Assembly (NCBI GenBank): GCA_043228905.1
Contig: JBHGNT010000014.1
Span: 1,984,001-2,048,000, forward strand
From: Azolla caroliniana
Lineage: Eukaryota > Plantae > Polypodiophyta
Direction of reading: 5' to 3'
Length of the DNA: 64,000 bases
Below are positions 35,889-48,988 of this stretch, piece after piece. The notes beneath the pieces were generated by a model. It did not search any database. It saw only the letters and a list, made by a program, of their open reading frames with translations, and was not told the DNA's origin. Both the position numbers and the translations under genes were made by a program. Position 1 is the stretch's first letter. Every line of letters starts with the position of its first letter.

Positions 35889-38515
35889 TGTAACATAAAA
35901 TAAGGATAAAAGATAGATCTAGATAGAAAGGAGAGAGAGAAAGAAGGGTGTTGATCCACCTGACCACCCCCGAGCGAAGGGATCGAGACAGACTCGAGCC
36001 TCGATCGGCGTCCCATACCATTGCCGTGGCGTCGAGTCGTACCTGGTGTTGGTGCGCTCGCTACAAGAGTTGACCCACCACAAAAACAGAGTCTCGACGT
36101 AGTGAAAAGATGATGAAATGAGGGTAGCTAGGCCTCTTATTTATAGCGATACCCAAGGCCCCCAAGCAAGTTCACACTTGGCCTAATGGGTTGTCTCAAT
36201 CCCGAGGATTAAAAGCAATCCTCCCCTTCTTTATACTCTCGTTTAACCCTCACACTTTATCCACGTGTATAGAATACTATGGTAAATTCTCACCATAGGA
36301 TATTATATGGTCATGCCCGTAACATACTCCCCCTCTTTAAAACATTGCACTCTTGCAATGGAAAGTTCGGGAAGTTAGTTCTGAGAGAATTTTCGTGTTC
36401 CCATGTGGCATCTTTTATAGATTTATCCATCCATTTTCTTTTAAATTCTCGGATTTCTTTAGTACGTAATTTTTTTGTTTTAACATCGAGAATTCTTTCT
36501 GGTACGCGTGGTTTAGAAGATAATTCTTCAGAAGTAACCAGAGTTTCAGTTGTAACTGTATTGTCGCCAGTACCTAGAAGTTCTTTTAGACGACTCACAT
36601 GAAAAACTGGATGAATTTCAACACCATCGGGAAGAACGAGACGATAGGCTAATGACCCAATGCGTTTGAGGACTGTAAAAGGTCCACAAAACCGTGGGGC
36701 TAACTTAGCGCACTTACCCCTAGACAATGTCTTAGAATTGTGAGGTACACGTAAAAATACCTTCTGTCTAGAGTTGAATACACGAGGTTGCCTATGATGA
36801 TCGGTATAAAAACATGCTCTATCTTGAGCTGTTTTTATATTATCTCGTGCAATATGCAACATATCTTGCATATCCCAAAGAAAGTTTTGCGTACTTCGCA
36901 ACTCATCATGATGTATATTAACATCAATCGGGGCTTGTGGCTGAAAACCATACATCAACATAAAAGGACTATATCCCGTCGATGTATGCTTGGAGCTGTT
37001 ATAAGCAAACTCCAAAATTGGGAGATAACGTTCCCATTTTGTTGGTTTTGTACCAACGTATGCTCGAATCATATCCTCAATAATTTGATTTACTTGTTCT
37101 GTTTGTCCATCAGATTGAGGATGATCCGTGGAGCTCATGCTCAATGTAGTTTCTAATTTCTTAAAGACTTGCGTCCAGAAGTCACTAGTAAACTTTGGAT
37201 CTCGATCACTCACGATATCCATTGGTAACCAATAAAAACGAAATAACTCATCAACGAATTGGTAAGCCAATTCAAGAGGTGTTACCATGGTTTTAGTAGC
37301 AATAACTCTGGCCATTTTAATTAGTCTATCAACCACAACCCAGATGGCATCATGGCCTTTTTGGGTGCGAGGAAGGCTAACAATAAAATCCATGGATATA
37401 CTTTCCCACTTATTATTGGGAATGTCCAAGGGATGTAAAGTCCTGTGGCTTTACGTTGCTCGGCTTTGTTAACCTGACATTGGTGACATTTAGTCACATA
37501 GATATGTATGTCAGGACGCATCTTAGGCCAATAAAATTGATTGGAGATGAGAACGAGTGTACGATGTATTCCAGGGTGCCCTATTGAGGGTGCATCATGG
37601 AATTAAAAAAGAATTGTCTTTTTGACCTCAGGCAAATCTGGAACACAAACCTTCCCATTACGGTAGAGCAGACCGTTAGCAATGTGGAAGTATTCCTTCG
37701 AGGATGTGGTGGTGTCTGTTCCAGACTCAACTCTTGCCCAATATTTCGCAAAATAACTGTCATCAAGATACTTTCCTTGAAGGTGATAATAAAGATCTGA
37801 TGTTATTTCAATGAAGCTAAGCATGTTAACTTCACAGATGGTACTTAGTGCATCAGCGATAGTGTTCATGGAACCTTTACGATATCGTATGGAAAAATCA
37901 AATTCTTGGATGAGATCAGCCCATCGTGCCTTACGACCTTTTAGGTCTTGTTGGTCACAAAAATATTTCAAGGACTTGTGGTCCGTAGTTACCACAAAGC
38001 GATTTCCATAAAGCATGGTCCGTAGGATTTTGGATCCTTATCGTGCACTATCCAGTGATAGTCCGAATTGGGGATGCCATTGACAAAACAAGCTATTAAC
38101 CAATTGTCCCCTTCTAGACCCGATTTTTGGATTTGGGTTCTAGCATGGTGGACATAGTCTTCTAGCGAAGAAAATTTCCTGCTAGAGAGGTTCATTAAAG
38201 CTTGAGTTGCCTCAGTTCGAGAGGGAGGTTGTAGAAATTGGCCCTTAAAAATTGTGACAAAATATGTCCAGGTATTGGGCAATTTCCCCAAAGTACGGAG
38301 CCCACGCCACCAGGCGGCGGCCTTACCCCCTAGTTCTCGGCCGACATATGCAATCTTCGTACTATCTAGCGTGGGATAGAGCTCAAAATGAGACTCCCAT
38401 CGGCCCAGCCACGTGCAGATTGCTTCTTCAAGTCTTTCCTTTTTTTCTCCCGTAAATGGCTCATTGTTAATTTCTGAGATTTCGTGTTGTTGCGAGCGCT
38501 TCGTGATCAAAGTGC
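35889..38515 (-). mobile_element. Internally deleted Ty3/gypsy chromovirus: gag joined to RNaseH, integrase with chromodomain, PPT, 3' LTR (35889-36324)
   Basis: ISMDFIVSLP, SDRDPKF, QSDGQTE, KLAPRFCGPF, HPVFHVSRLK, chromo PERILD..KWM..DATWE; TDHKSLKY (RNaseH); PPT AGGGGGAGTA before TGTTACG...TGTTACA. No protease or RT seen. Confidence 0.9.
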
Positions 38516-40890
38516 TCCACTTGTTTGAATTTTGGTATAAAACTCAGGATTGGAAGGACTTTGATGACATTAAAGTCGAGTTTACATGAGTGCACTATTC
38601 CCCAAGTTCCATTATGTGTGTGCCCAAATTCTAAATTTAAAGTATTCCCATATTTCCCTCACCAAAATAAATGATATGTATTTAATTAATAAATCAATTT
38701 TTTTTGTAAATCATCTTTAAGCTTTGCCCACTAAACTTTAGCTAAAAAAATAACTAAATAGCTTTGCCATTTTAGGTACATGTTAGCTATGATAGTGTTT
38801 CCATTCACATGCTTTCATCCAACTACAGATATCACTTCCACATCTACAACCTACCCCCCATCATGATGGTTAAACCTCGAGATAAAATGTTGTACATAGA
38901 ACACCCCACCTCCTTAAAAAACTTGCACATTTTAGAATAGAAGTTCAAAACTTTACCTTGCTTCGAGTGCCTAAATCATTTCTGATATTCTCAAAATTCA
39001 ATTACATTTCGTTTTAGATATCAATAACTTGAAAAATGTTCAAAAAACTACATATTCCAATTGTTCTATTTTTTAAATATGAACAATATAGCCATTTCGA
39101 TATGGGTTTGAAGAACAGGTGATATTGGTGTATCAAGTTTCTATATATTGACTAAAATTGCACAATTATAAACGGAATCTAAAACTGGAATGCACGATCC
39201 TTCCACTTGTGAATGCGAATGTGTTTAGTGTCCAAATATTTCATTCTACCAAAAGTTTTCCCACATAACCATATCAAGAAGTTCCATATAGAGGTCATCA
39301 TCTTATTTCTAGAATTTCCAAATAGAGGTCATCATCTTTGTAAATGTTAACGTGTGGAAGCGTTAGACAGAACCGGTTCAACCGGATAGCAACAGACAAT
39401 GAGATGAAGGTTTAATGGAGAAGCTTAACACAGAGAGTATATACGGGAGAGACAAAGATAGAGCAGAACATAGACTATATTCAAAAATTAACTCTAAAAC
39501 TCTATGCATACAACGTGCTAAACAACACTATTTATACAAGTCCATAAAGGACTGACAAAAGTACTGGCAGGTACTTCAATGCTCATACGTGCGACTGACA
39601 CTAACTACGAGACAATAATTACCTAGTAGTCTAGGCTACTACTAGGCTTCCGGTTTCCGCTCGAATCCAGCTCTCTGATCCGTCTCCCTGATCCGGCCGG
39701 TTGTTTCCGGATACCATCCAGATACCGATCCGGCTCAGGCTTATTCAGCTGATCCGGATCCGGTTGAGCTTGCTCACTCAACACTCCTCAAGCTCAACTT
39801 GAGGTCGGATCGTAGTGTTAGTGTCTATGGCCGCTGGTTCTTCTACGCGGCTCCTTCTGGCGTTGCTCCGCCTTGCTTGCGCTCCTCGTCCGGTCCAATC
39901 CTGTTTGCCGCGACCCTTCTAGCTCTACGCACTTCAACCTCCTCAGTCGGCTTGTCTGCTCAACAAGCCCATTTTAGCTCTTGTCCGAGTCGGTGTTCTC
40001 CAACTCGTCATCTGGTTTTAGGCCCTTCACCATATCAGACCACGTCCGGGTCTTGGCCTTCTTCTTCTGGTCGGCTCTGTCCTTCTTGACTTTGTCGCCG
40101 CTGCCGCTTGCTCCGACTTGTTCGGATGTGCCGACTTCCTTCGTCGACTCGGCTTCATTTTTCCCTTTGTTGGTTCTTTCTTCCTCTCCGGCTCCTTCTT
40201 CGGTGTCCTCCATTCCCTTTCCTTTTCTCCCCTTCAAGTGTGGCACGCCGAGATGCTGAACACCAAGCATTTCGGTGAAGTGTTGCAACGTGTCCGACCC
40301 GAGCGGTTTGGTGAAGATATCGGCAACTTGCCGATTCGTCTGAACACACCGAAGTTCAACTTCACCGCTCAAAACCCGCTCATGCACGAAGTGATAATGC
40401 ATTTCTATGTGCTTTGTTCGAGCATGGAACACAGGGTTCTTGGCGAGCTGAATGCTGCTCATGTTGTCACAGTAGATCAAGATCGGGGTCGGTACCTCAA
40501 TCCGCAAGTCTTGCAGTAGTTGCCGAAGCCAGATGGCTTCACAGGTGGCATTGGTAGTGCCCCAGTATTCAGCCTCAGTGCTCGACAGAGCCACTGTTGG
40601 CTGCTTTTTGCTGCTCCACGCAACACCTGCACTACCAAGGGAAAACATGTAACCGGAGGTGGATCCGCGATCCAATGCATCACCAACCTAATCGGCATCA
40701 GTATATCCGACTAGCTTCCCAGCTATACCATGTCAGTATAACAGTCACCGTTCCTTCATGCCGCTCACATACCGCAATATTCGATGCGTGCACTGAAGGT
40801 GCTCCACAGCTGGCTTTTGCATGAATTGGCTAATCACTCCGACCGGATAACTGAGGTCGGATCAAGTGATTGTCAGGTATATGAGGCTTC

Positions 40891-41160
40891 TAACGGGAAC
40901 TCAACGCTCCTTATGTGCAACGCTCGGCCACAACCGAGCTTAGAATGATACACAGAAAACGGGAAATAAACCACGACCCAAAGAAGAGGAAGATACACAG
41001 GAGTTTTACGTGGAAAACCCCAAACTAGGGGAAAAACCACGGCAGCCCACAGACTGCAAACTGTCACTATGTAAGAATGTACAATAGTGAGTTCACTGAG
41101 GCAACGACCTCGTGCTCACAGATCTTCGCCACAGGCGGCGGTTACAACAGAGGCAACGAC

Positions 41161-41192
<32 letters not shown>

Positions 41193-41660
41193 GTACACAG
41201 TTACACGCTCTCTCTATTCTTCTTGCACCAACAAGAAAATGACAACTACAGCAACTACAACACATATTTGCCCTAAGTCATATTTATACTAATATGACTT
41301 TTTGGCTATTTACAAATACAGCCACGATGGGCTCTCAGAAACATATTTACGAATATGTCTCTTCCTCCGGTTCTCACCGGGTCTGCATCATCCGGCTCTC
41401 CGTAGCTGGGTACTCCTCATCCGGTTCACACCGGGTCTACACCATCCGGCTCTCCATAGCCGGGTACTCCTCATCCGGTTCACACCGGGTCTGCACCATC
41501 CGGCTCTCCGTAGCTGGGTACTCCTCATCCGGTTCACACCGGGTCTGCACCATCCGGCTCTCCGTAGCCGGGTACTTCTCTTCCGGTTTCGGCCTCGGCC
41601 GAGATTGTTCGTCGGCACTGTTCTTCTCCCTTCCCATCCGGAGGGACCTGTCTCCCAACA
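40891..41660 (-). mobile_element. Solo LTR of copia family C, 770 bp
   Basis: Homologous to the LTR at 43393-44106; near-TSD GCTTC/GCTTT; internal 52-bp tandem repeats. Confidence 0.9.
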
Positions 41661-43392
41661 GCTTTTGATGATTTGTCAGAACCGTTTCTCATCGCAGGCC
41701 GGTCCGGAGTTGAGACAGAGCTTCTGGTTACGGTTTAGGGGTGTGGAGACAGGTCGGCATTCTGTCATGCCGAACTTGTTCAACATATTCAAAACATAGT
41801 GTCGTTGTGAGAGCAATATGTCGTCGGGGGTTCGGATCACCTCGATCCCAAGAAAATAATGAAGGTCCCCCAGGTCCTTCATTTCAAATGTGTCTAACAA
41901 CTGGCCCTTCACACGGCTGATTTCAAAGAGTCCGGGCCCGGTGATGATTAAGTCATCTAGATAAAGTAAGATGCAAACCGGACCGTCCGGACCTTGTCGG
42001 ATGAACAACAATGAGTCGGATTTAGAGGTCACAAACCCCATCTTACGCAACCGGTGTGTGATCTTTGCATTCCAAGCTCGGGGGGCTTGTTTCAGACCGT
42101 AAAGCGACTTCTTAAGCCGGCACACCACTGACTTGTTCATCTCCGACTGAAAACCGGGAGGTTGGATCATATAGACCCGTTCTTCAAGGTAACCTTGAAG
42201 AAACGCATTTTTCACGTCCATCTGGTGAAGATGCCACCCTCTTGCCGCAGCTTAGATAGTGGGCTTCTATGTGCTTTGTCCGAGCTTAGAACACGGGGTT
42301 CTTGGCGAGCTGAATGTTGCTCATGTTGTCACAATACATGAAGATCGGGGTCGGTACCTCAATCCGCAGGTCCTGCAGCAGTCGCCGGAGCCAGATGGCT
42401 TCACAGGTGGCATTGGTAGCGCCCCAATATTCAGCCTCAGTGCTCGACAGAGCCACTGTTGGCTGCTTTTTGCTGCTCCACGCAATAGCCGCGCTACCCA
42501 GAGAAAACATGTAACCAGAGGTGGATCGGTGATCCGATGCATCACCAGCCCAGTCGGCATCGGTATATCCGACTAGTCCTTCGGTTATACCATATCGGTA
42601 TAACAATCCACAGTCCTTCGTGACGCTCACATACCGGAGTATTCGATGCGCACACTAAAGGTGCTCGACGGTCGGTTTTTGCATGAACTGGCTGATCACT
42701 CCGACCAGGTAATTGAGGACGGGTCAAGTGATTGTCAGGTATATGAGGCTTCTGACGATTTGTCGGAACCGTTTCTCATAGCAGGCTGGTCCGAAGTTGG
42801 GACAGAGCTTCTGGTTCCAGTCTAGGGGTGTGGAGACAGGTCGGCATTTTGTCATGCCGAACTTGTACAACATATTCAAAACATAGTGTCGTTGTGAGAG
42901 CAATATGTCGTCGGGGGTTCGGATCACCTCGATCCCAAGAAAATAATGAAGGTCCCCCAGGTCCTTCATTTCAAATGCGTCTAACAGCTGGCCCTTCACA
43001 GGGCCGATTTCAAAGAGTCCGGGCCCGATGATGATTAAGTCATCTAGATAAAGTAAGATGCAAACCGGACCGTCCGGACCTTGCCGGATGAACAACAATG
43101 AGTTGGATTTAGAGTTCACAAACCCCATCTTACGCAACCGGTGTGTGCTCTTCGCATTCCAAGCTCGGGGGGCTTGTTTCAAACCGTAAAGCGACTTCTT
43201 AAGCCGGCACACCACTAACTTGTTCATCTCCGATTGAAAACCGGGAGGTTGGATCATATAGACCTGTTCTTCAAGGTAACCTTGAAGAAACGCATTTTTC
43301 ACGTCCATCTAGTGAAGATGCCACCCCCTTCCCGCAACAATCGCTAGTACCACACGAACTATCGTCATCTTCACTACCGGTGCGAAGGTCTC

Positions 43393-46300
43393 TGTTGGGA
43401 GACAGGTCCCTCCGGATGGGAAGGGAGAAGATCAGTGATGATGAACAAACTCGGCCGAGGCCGATAGGCCCCGGTATGAACCGGATGAGGAGTACCCGCC
43501 TACGGAGAGCCGGATGGTGCAGGCCCGGTAAGAACCGGATGAGGAGTACCCGGCTACGGAGAGCCGGATGGTGCAGGCCCGGTATGAACCGGATGAGGAG
43601 TACCCGGCTACGGAGAACCGGATGGTGCAGACCCGGTATGAACCGGAGGAAGAGACATATTCGTAAATATGTTTCTAAGAGCCCATCGTGGCTATATTTG
43701 TAAATAGCCGAAAAGTCATATTAGTATAAATATGACTTAGGGCAAACTAATAGCTGTAGTCAATTTTTTGTATTACATGAGATTAGTGTGCGTAACGTTG
43801 TACACAAAGAGAGAGAGAGAGAGAGAGAGAGAGGTTGCTGCCTCTGTTGTAACCGCTGCCTGTGGCAAAGAGCGTGAGTCTGAGGTCGTTGCCTCCGTGA
43901 ACTCACTGTTTTTGTACATTCATACATAGTGACAGTTTGCAGCCTGTGGGTTGCCGTGGTTTTTCCCCTAGTTTGGGGTTTTCCACGTAAACCTCTTGTG
44001 TATCTTTCTCCTCTTTGTGTCGTGTTCTATTTCCCGTTTTCTGTGTATGAAAAGAATCTCGGTTATGGCCGAGCGTTGCGCATAAGGAACGTTGCAGTTC
44101 CCGTCAAGTGGTATCAGAGCTAAATCGACACAGAAAATGGACGAATCATTTGGCGGCATGTTCAAGCTGACCGGCTCCAACTATTCAGTATGGAAGTCGA
44201 AGATGAGGGACATGCTCGTTGTTAAAGACCTCTGGCTACCGGTTCAGTTCAGGGACAAGAGACCGGACAAAATCGACGCCGCGATATGGGAGGTGATGCA
44301 CATGAAGACAACGGCGTACATACGGTGCTTCATCGACATGAGCCTGTACAACAACGTCAATGAAGAGAGCAAGGCTCATGAGCTCTGGGAGAAGATCGAC
44401 ATAATGTTCCAAAACAAAAATGCTGTTAACCAGGTTTCGGTATTCCGGAAGCTAGTAAGACTCCGGTACCAAGATGGCTCCAGCATGGCGGAGCATATGA
44501 ATGCCTTCCAGGGGCTGATACACCAGGCAACGTCGTTGGAAGTACCTCTTGCCGATGAGGTACTAGCGCTACTCCTGCTTGGTTCCCTCCCGGATAGCTG
44601 GGAGACGTTGGTTGTCATTTTGGGCAACACCGGGCCGGAAGGAAAACGGTTATCCCTAGCAAGAGTAAAGTCGAGCTTGCTAGATGAGGAGGTGCGTCGG
44701 AAAGACAAAGATACGAGCTCCGACTCCAAATCGCTTCTTACCGAATCGGAACGCGGAAGACATAGAAACCGTAGTCCCCAGAACCGGGAGAAGTCGGGGA
44801 CACGGTCAAAGTCAAGGGGGAGGCCCACTTGCTTCTATTGCGGCAAGCCGGGTCACTTCCAAAAGAACTGTCGGCATTTCCGTAAAGACAAGGAAACCGA
44901 CGGTACCGATTCGAAGCAAACCCCGGACCGGAACGGTAAAGATCGGAACGGTAAAGACCGGAGGGGGCCGGACCGGAAGGGAACGACGGCAATCGCGGCA
45001 AGTGAAGAGGGGTTGATGCTCATCATCGAAGAGAGTGAGATAAACCTTGCCGGCGACGAGATGACCTGGGTGGTAGACTCCGGAGCGTCGTTCCACCTTA
45101 CCCCGGACCGGAAATGCTTCGCATCCTACTCAGCCGGTGACCACGGCTGTGTCCGGATGGGAAATGAAGGTACATGCCGAATTGTCGGCATAGGAGACAT
45201 GTGGCTAACAACACCAACCGGGTAACACCAACCGGGTGCAAGTTGCTACTGAAGGATGTCCGACACGTTCCGGAAGTTCGTCTGAACCTGATATCAGCCG
45301 GTCGGCTAGATGATGAAGGCTACACGGGTAGCATCCGGAATGGTGTCATGAAGTTCAGCAAAGGGAGCCTGATTGTGGCTTGGGACCGGAAGGTAAACAC
45401 ACTGTACCTGATGAATGCCCGGTTATGTCCGTAAGAAGTAAACGTGGCATCCAACACTGTCGGTGAGCTGTGGCACAAGAGGCTGTGTCATATGAGCGAG
45501 AAGGGGATGAAGAGGCTTGCAGACAACAACCTCATTCCAGTGAAGAACGTGCACTTGGAGAAGTGCACTGATTGTCTGGCCGGTAAGCAAAACCAGACCT
45601 CTTTCCGACCAAGGCCACCGATGAGACGTAATGCACCACTGGAGTTGGTGCATACGGATGTGTGTCAAGTAGACACGAAGTCACATGCCGGAGCGCAGTA
45701 CTTCGTGATGTTCATAGATGACCACAGCCGGAAGCTGTGGGCCACACTGTTGAAGACAAAGGATCAGGTGTGATCCGTCTTCAAAGAGCTCCACGCGAGA
45801 GTGGAAAGAGAAACCGGCCGGAAGCTGAAGGCGGTTCGAGCAGATAACGGAGGAGAGTACCGGGGGCAGTTCGAGGAGTACTGCCGCTCGAAGGGAATCC
45901 GGCTTGAATTTACCGTGCCGAAGACGCCGGAACTAAACGGACTGGCCGAGAGGATGAACCGGACCATAATGGAGAGGGTCCGGAGTATGCTAGCGCATGC
46001 AAAACTACACAAGAAGTTTTGGGCTGAGGCACTGTCGACGGCGACATACGTGATAAATAGATCACCCTCAGTACCCTTGGACGGAGACACGCCACAGAGA
46101 GTGTGGACCAGTAAGGAAGTATCCTACCGGCATCTGAAGGTGTTCGGGTGTCTCGCGTACGTGCATGTAGCTAAGGACCGGAGAGGAAAGCTAGATCCAA
46201 AGACCCAGCCATGCATATTCCTCGGTTATGGTGACGATGAGTTCGGCTACCGAGTGTGGGACCCAGTTGACAAGAAGGTAATCCGGAGTCGAGATATGAT

Positions 46301-48988
46301 CTTCATGGAGGACAAGACGCTCGCCGACTGGGAGTCGGAGAAGAAGATAATGAACTCTGAGTCGACCGGTAAGGATAGACTCTACGGTGAGCAGACCCAA
46401 CCGGCAAGAGACCGGTTAGCACTCGAGGAACCAGCCGGTTACGGTGAGGATACCAAACCGGCAGAAGAAGAAGTAGAGGAAGCTAAGACCGGAACCGGCC
46501 AAGACCCCGAATCGGATTCAGATGAAGAGCAAATGGAGGAGCCGGTTACCGAAGCCCGAAGACGAAGATATCCTCTCAGAGAAAGAAGGCCCCCCCGGAG
46601 ATTTCCTGATGCAGAGCATGTTCTGCTGACCGATGAGGTGGAGCCGGAAAGCTTCGAAGAAGTGAAGGAAGACACCCACAGCCGAAGATGGTTAAGTGCC
46701 ATGCAAGACGAGATGAATTCCTTGCATGAGAACCATACATACGAATTGGTGGAGTTGCCGAAAGGAAAGCGGGCACTCCGAAACAAGTGGGTGTACAAGT
46801 TGAAACCGGGAGATGCCGGCAACCCCCCGAGATACAAAGCCAGGATCGTGGTGAAGGGGTTCCAGCAGAAGAAGGGCGTGGACTTTGACGAGATATTTGC
46901 CCCGGTAGTAAAGATGACCTCCATCCGGACAATGCTGAGTATAGCAGCAAGCATGGACCTAGAGGTAGAGCAGCTGGACGTGAAGACGACATTCCTTCAC
47001 GGCGACCTCGAAGAGGAGATCTACATGCAGCAACCGGAAGGATTTCTGGAGAAAGGGAAGGAGCACCTGGTATGCCGGTTGAAGAAGAGCCTGTACGGAC
47101 TGAAGCAGGCTCCCCGACAATGGTACCGGAAGTTCGACTCCTCCATGACCGATCAAGGGTACCACAAGACGCAGGTCGATCACTGCGTGTTTGTGAAGAA
47201 GTTTGAAGGAGGCGACTTCCTAATACTCCTTCTGTACGTGGATGACATGTTGATCGTCGGACGGGACCAAGTCAAAATACGGATGCTGAAGAAGGCTCTC
47301 AATCGGACTTTCTCAATGAAAGACTTGGGTCCGGCAAGACAGATGTTGGGGATGCACATCATTCGGGACCGGTCAGCGAAGCAATTATGGTTGTCATAGG
47401 AGAAGTACGTGACAAAGGTGCTTCACCGGTTCAACATGTCAGAAGCGAAACCGGTCGAATCGACACTTCCGGCAAACTGCAAGCTATCCGGTAAGCAAAG
47501 CCCGAAGACGAAAGCAGAGAAGGCGGATATGATGAAGATCCCATATGCCTCTGCCGTCGGGAGCTTGATGTACGCAATAGTTTGTACCCGACCGGACATT
47601 GGATACGTAGTCGGAGTGGTGCGCCGGTTTATGAGCAATCCAGGCAAGGAGCACTGGAACGCGATCAAGTGGATACTCTGGTATTTGAAGGGCACTTCAA
47701 ATATGTGTCTCCGATTCGGCTCCGGAAAACCTCAACTGGACGGTTTCACCGATTCGGACATGTCGGCTGATGTGGATACCAGCCGGTCTACATACGGGTA
47801 TGTGATGACATATGCAGGGGGAGTTGTTTCATGGCAGTCGAGGCTGCAGAAGACGGTTGCATTGTCAACCACAGAGGCGGAGTACATGGCGGCTGTGGAA
47901 GCCGGCAAGGAAGTATTATGGATGAAGGACTTCATCGGAGAGCTCGGTATCCGGCAAGAGGAATACCGACTGTACTGCGACAGTCAAAGTGCCATCCACC
48001 TTGCTAAGAATGCGGCCTACCATTCCCGGACCTAGCATATCCAGCGGAGGTATCACTGGATCCGGGAAAGAGTAGATGACCAGGAGTTCGCACTGACGAA
48101 GATCCACATGGCCGAGAACGGGTCAGATATGCTGACCAAAGTGCTGACACCCGACAAGCTGGACACATGCCGGAAGAGGATCGGACTGATAAGACACCCC
48201 ATGCCGTAGTGAAGGGGGAGTTTGTTGGGAGACAGGTCCCTCCGGATGGGAAGGGAGAAGATCAGTGACGATGAACAAACTCGGCCGAGGCCGATAGGCC
48301 CCGGTATGAACCGGAGGAGGAGTACCCGGCTACGGAGAGCCGGATGGTGTAGGCCCGGTATGAACCGGATGCGGAGTACCCGGCTATGGAGAGCCGGATG
48401 GTGCAGGCCCGGTATGAACCGGATGAGGAGTACCCGGCTACGGAGAGCCGGATGGTGCAGGCCCGCTATGAACCGGATGAGGAGTACCCGGCTATGGAGA
48501 GCCGGATGGTGCAGACCCGGTATGAACCGTAGGAAGAGACATATTCGTAAATATGTTTCTGAGAGCCCATCGTGGCTATATTTGTAAATAGCCGAAAAGT
48601 CATATTAGTATAAATATGACTTAGGGCAAACTAATAGCTGTAGTCAATTTTCTGTATTACATGAGATTAGTGTGCGTAACGTTGTACACAAAGAGAGAGA
48701 GAGAGAGAGAAAGAGGTTGCTGCCTCTGTTGTAACCGCCGCCTGTGGCGAAGAGCGTGAGTCCGAGGTTGTTGCCTCCGTGAACTCACTGTTTTTGTACA
48801 TTCATACATAGTGACAGTTTGCAGCCTTTGGGTTGTCGTGGTTTTTCCCCTAGTTTGAGGTTTTCCACGTAAACCTCCTGTGTATCTTTCTCCTCTTTGT
48901 GTCGTGTTCTATTTCCCGTTTTCTGTGTATGAAAAGAATCTCGGTTGTGGCCGAGTGTTGCGCATAAGGAACGTTGCAGTTCCCGTCA
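43393..48988 (+). mobile_element. Full-length Ty1/copia family C nested in copia-A RT; LTRs 43393-44106 and 48223-48988
   Basis: TSD GTCTC (43388-43392, 48989-48993); PBS TGGTATCAGAGC at about 44109; PPT GAAGGGGGAG; gag CFYCGKPGHFQKNC, WVVDSGAS, ADNGGEY, YVDD and RNaseH; a few stops and one frameshift. Confidence 0.96.

Noticed and set aside
41294-41799. Repetitive ORFs (SSSGSHRV / RRAGWCRPG repeats), also at 43380, 48222 and 62772
   Set aside because: These are translations of LTR tandem repeats.
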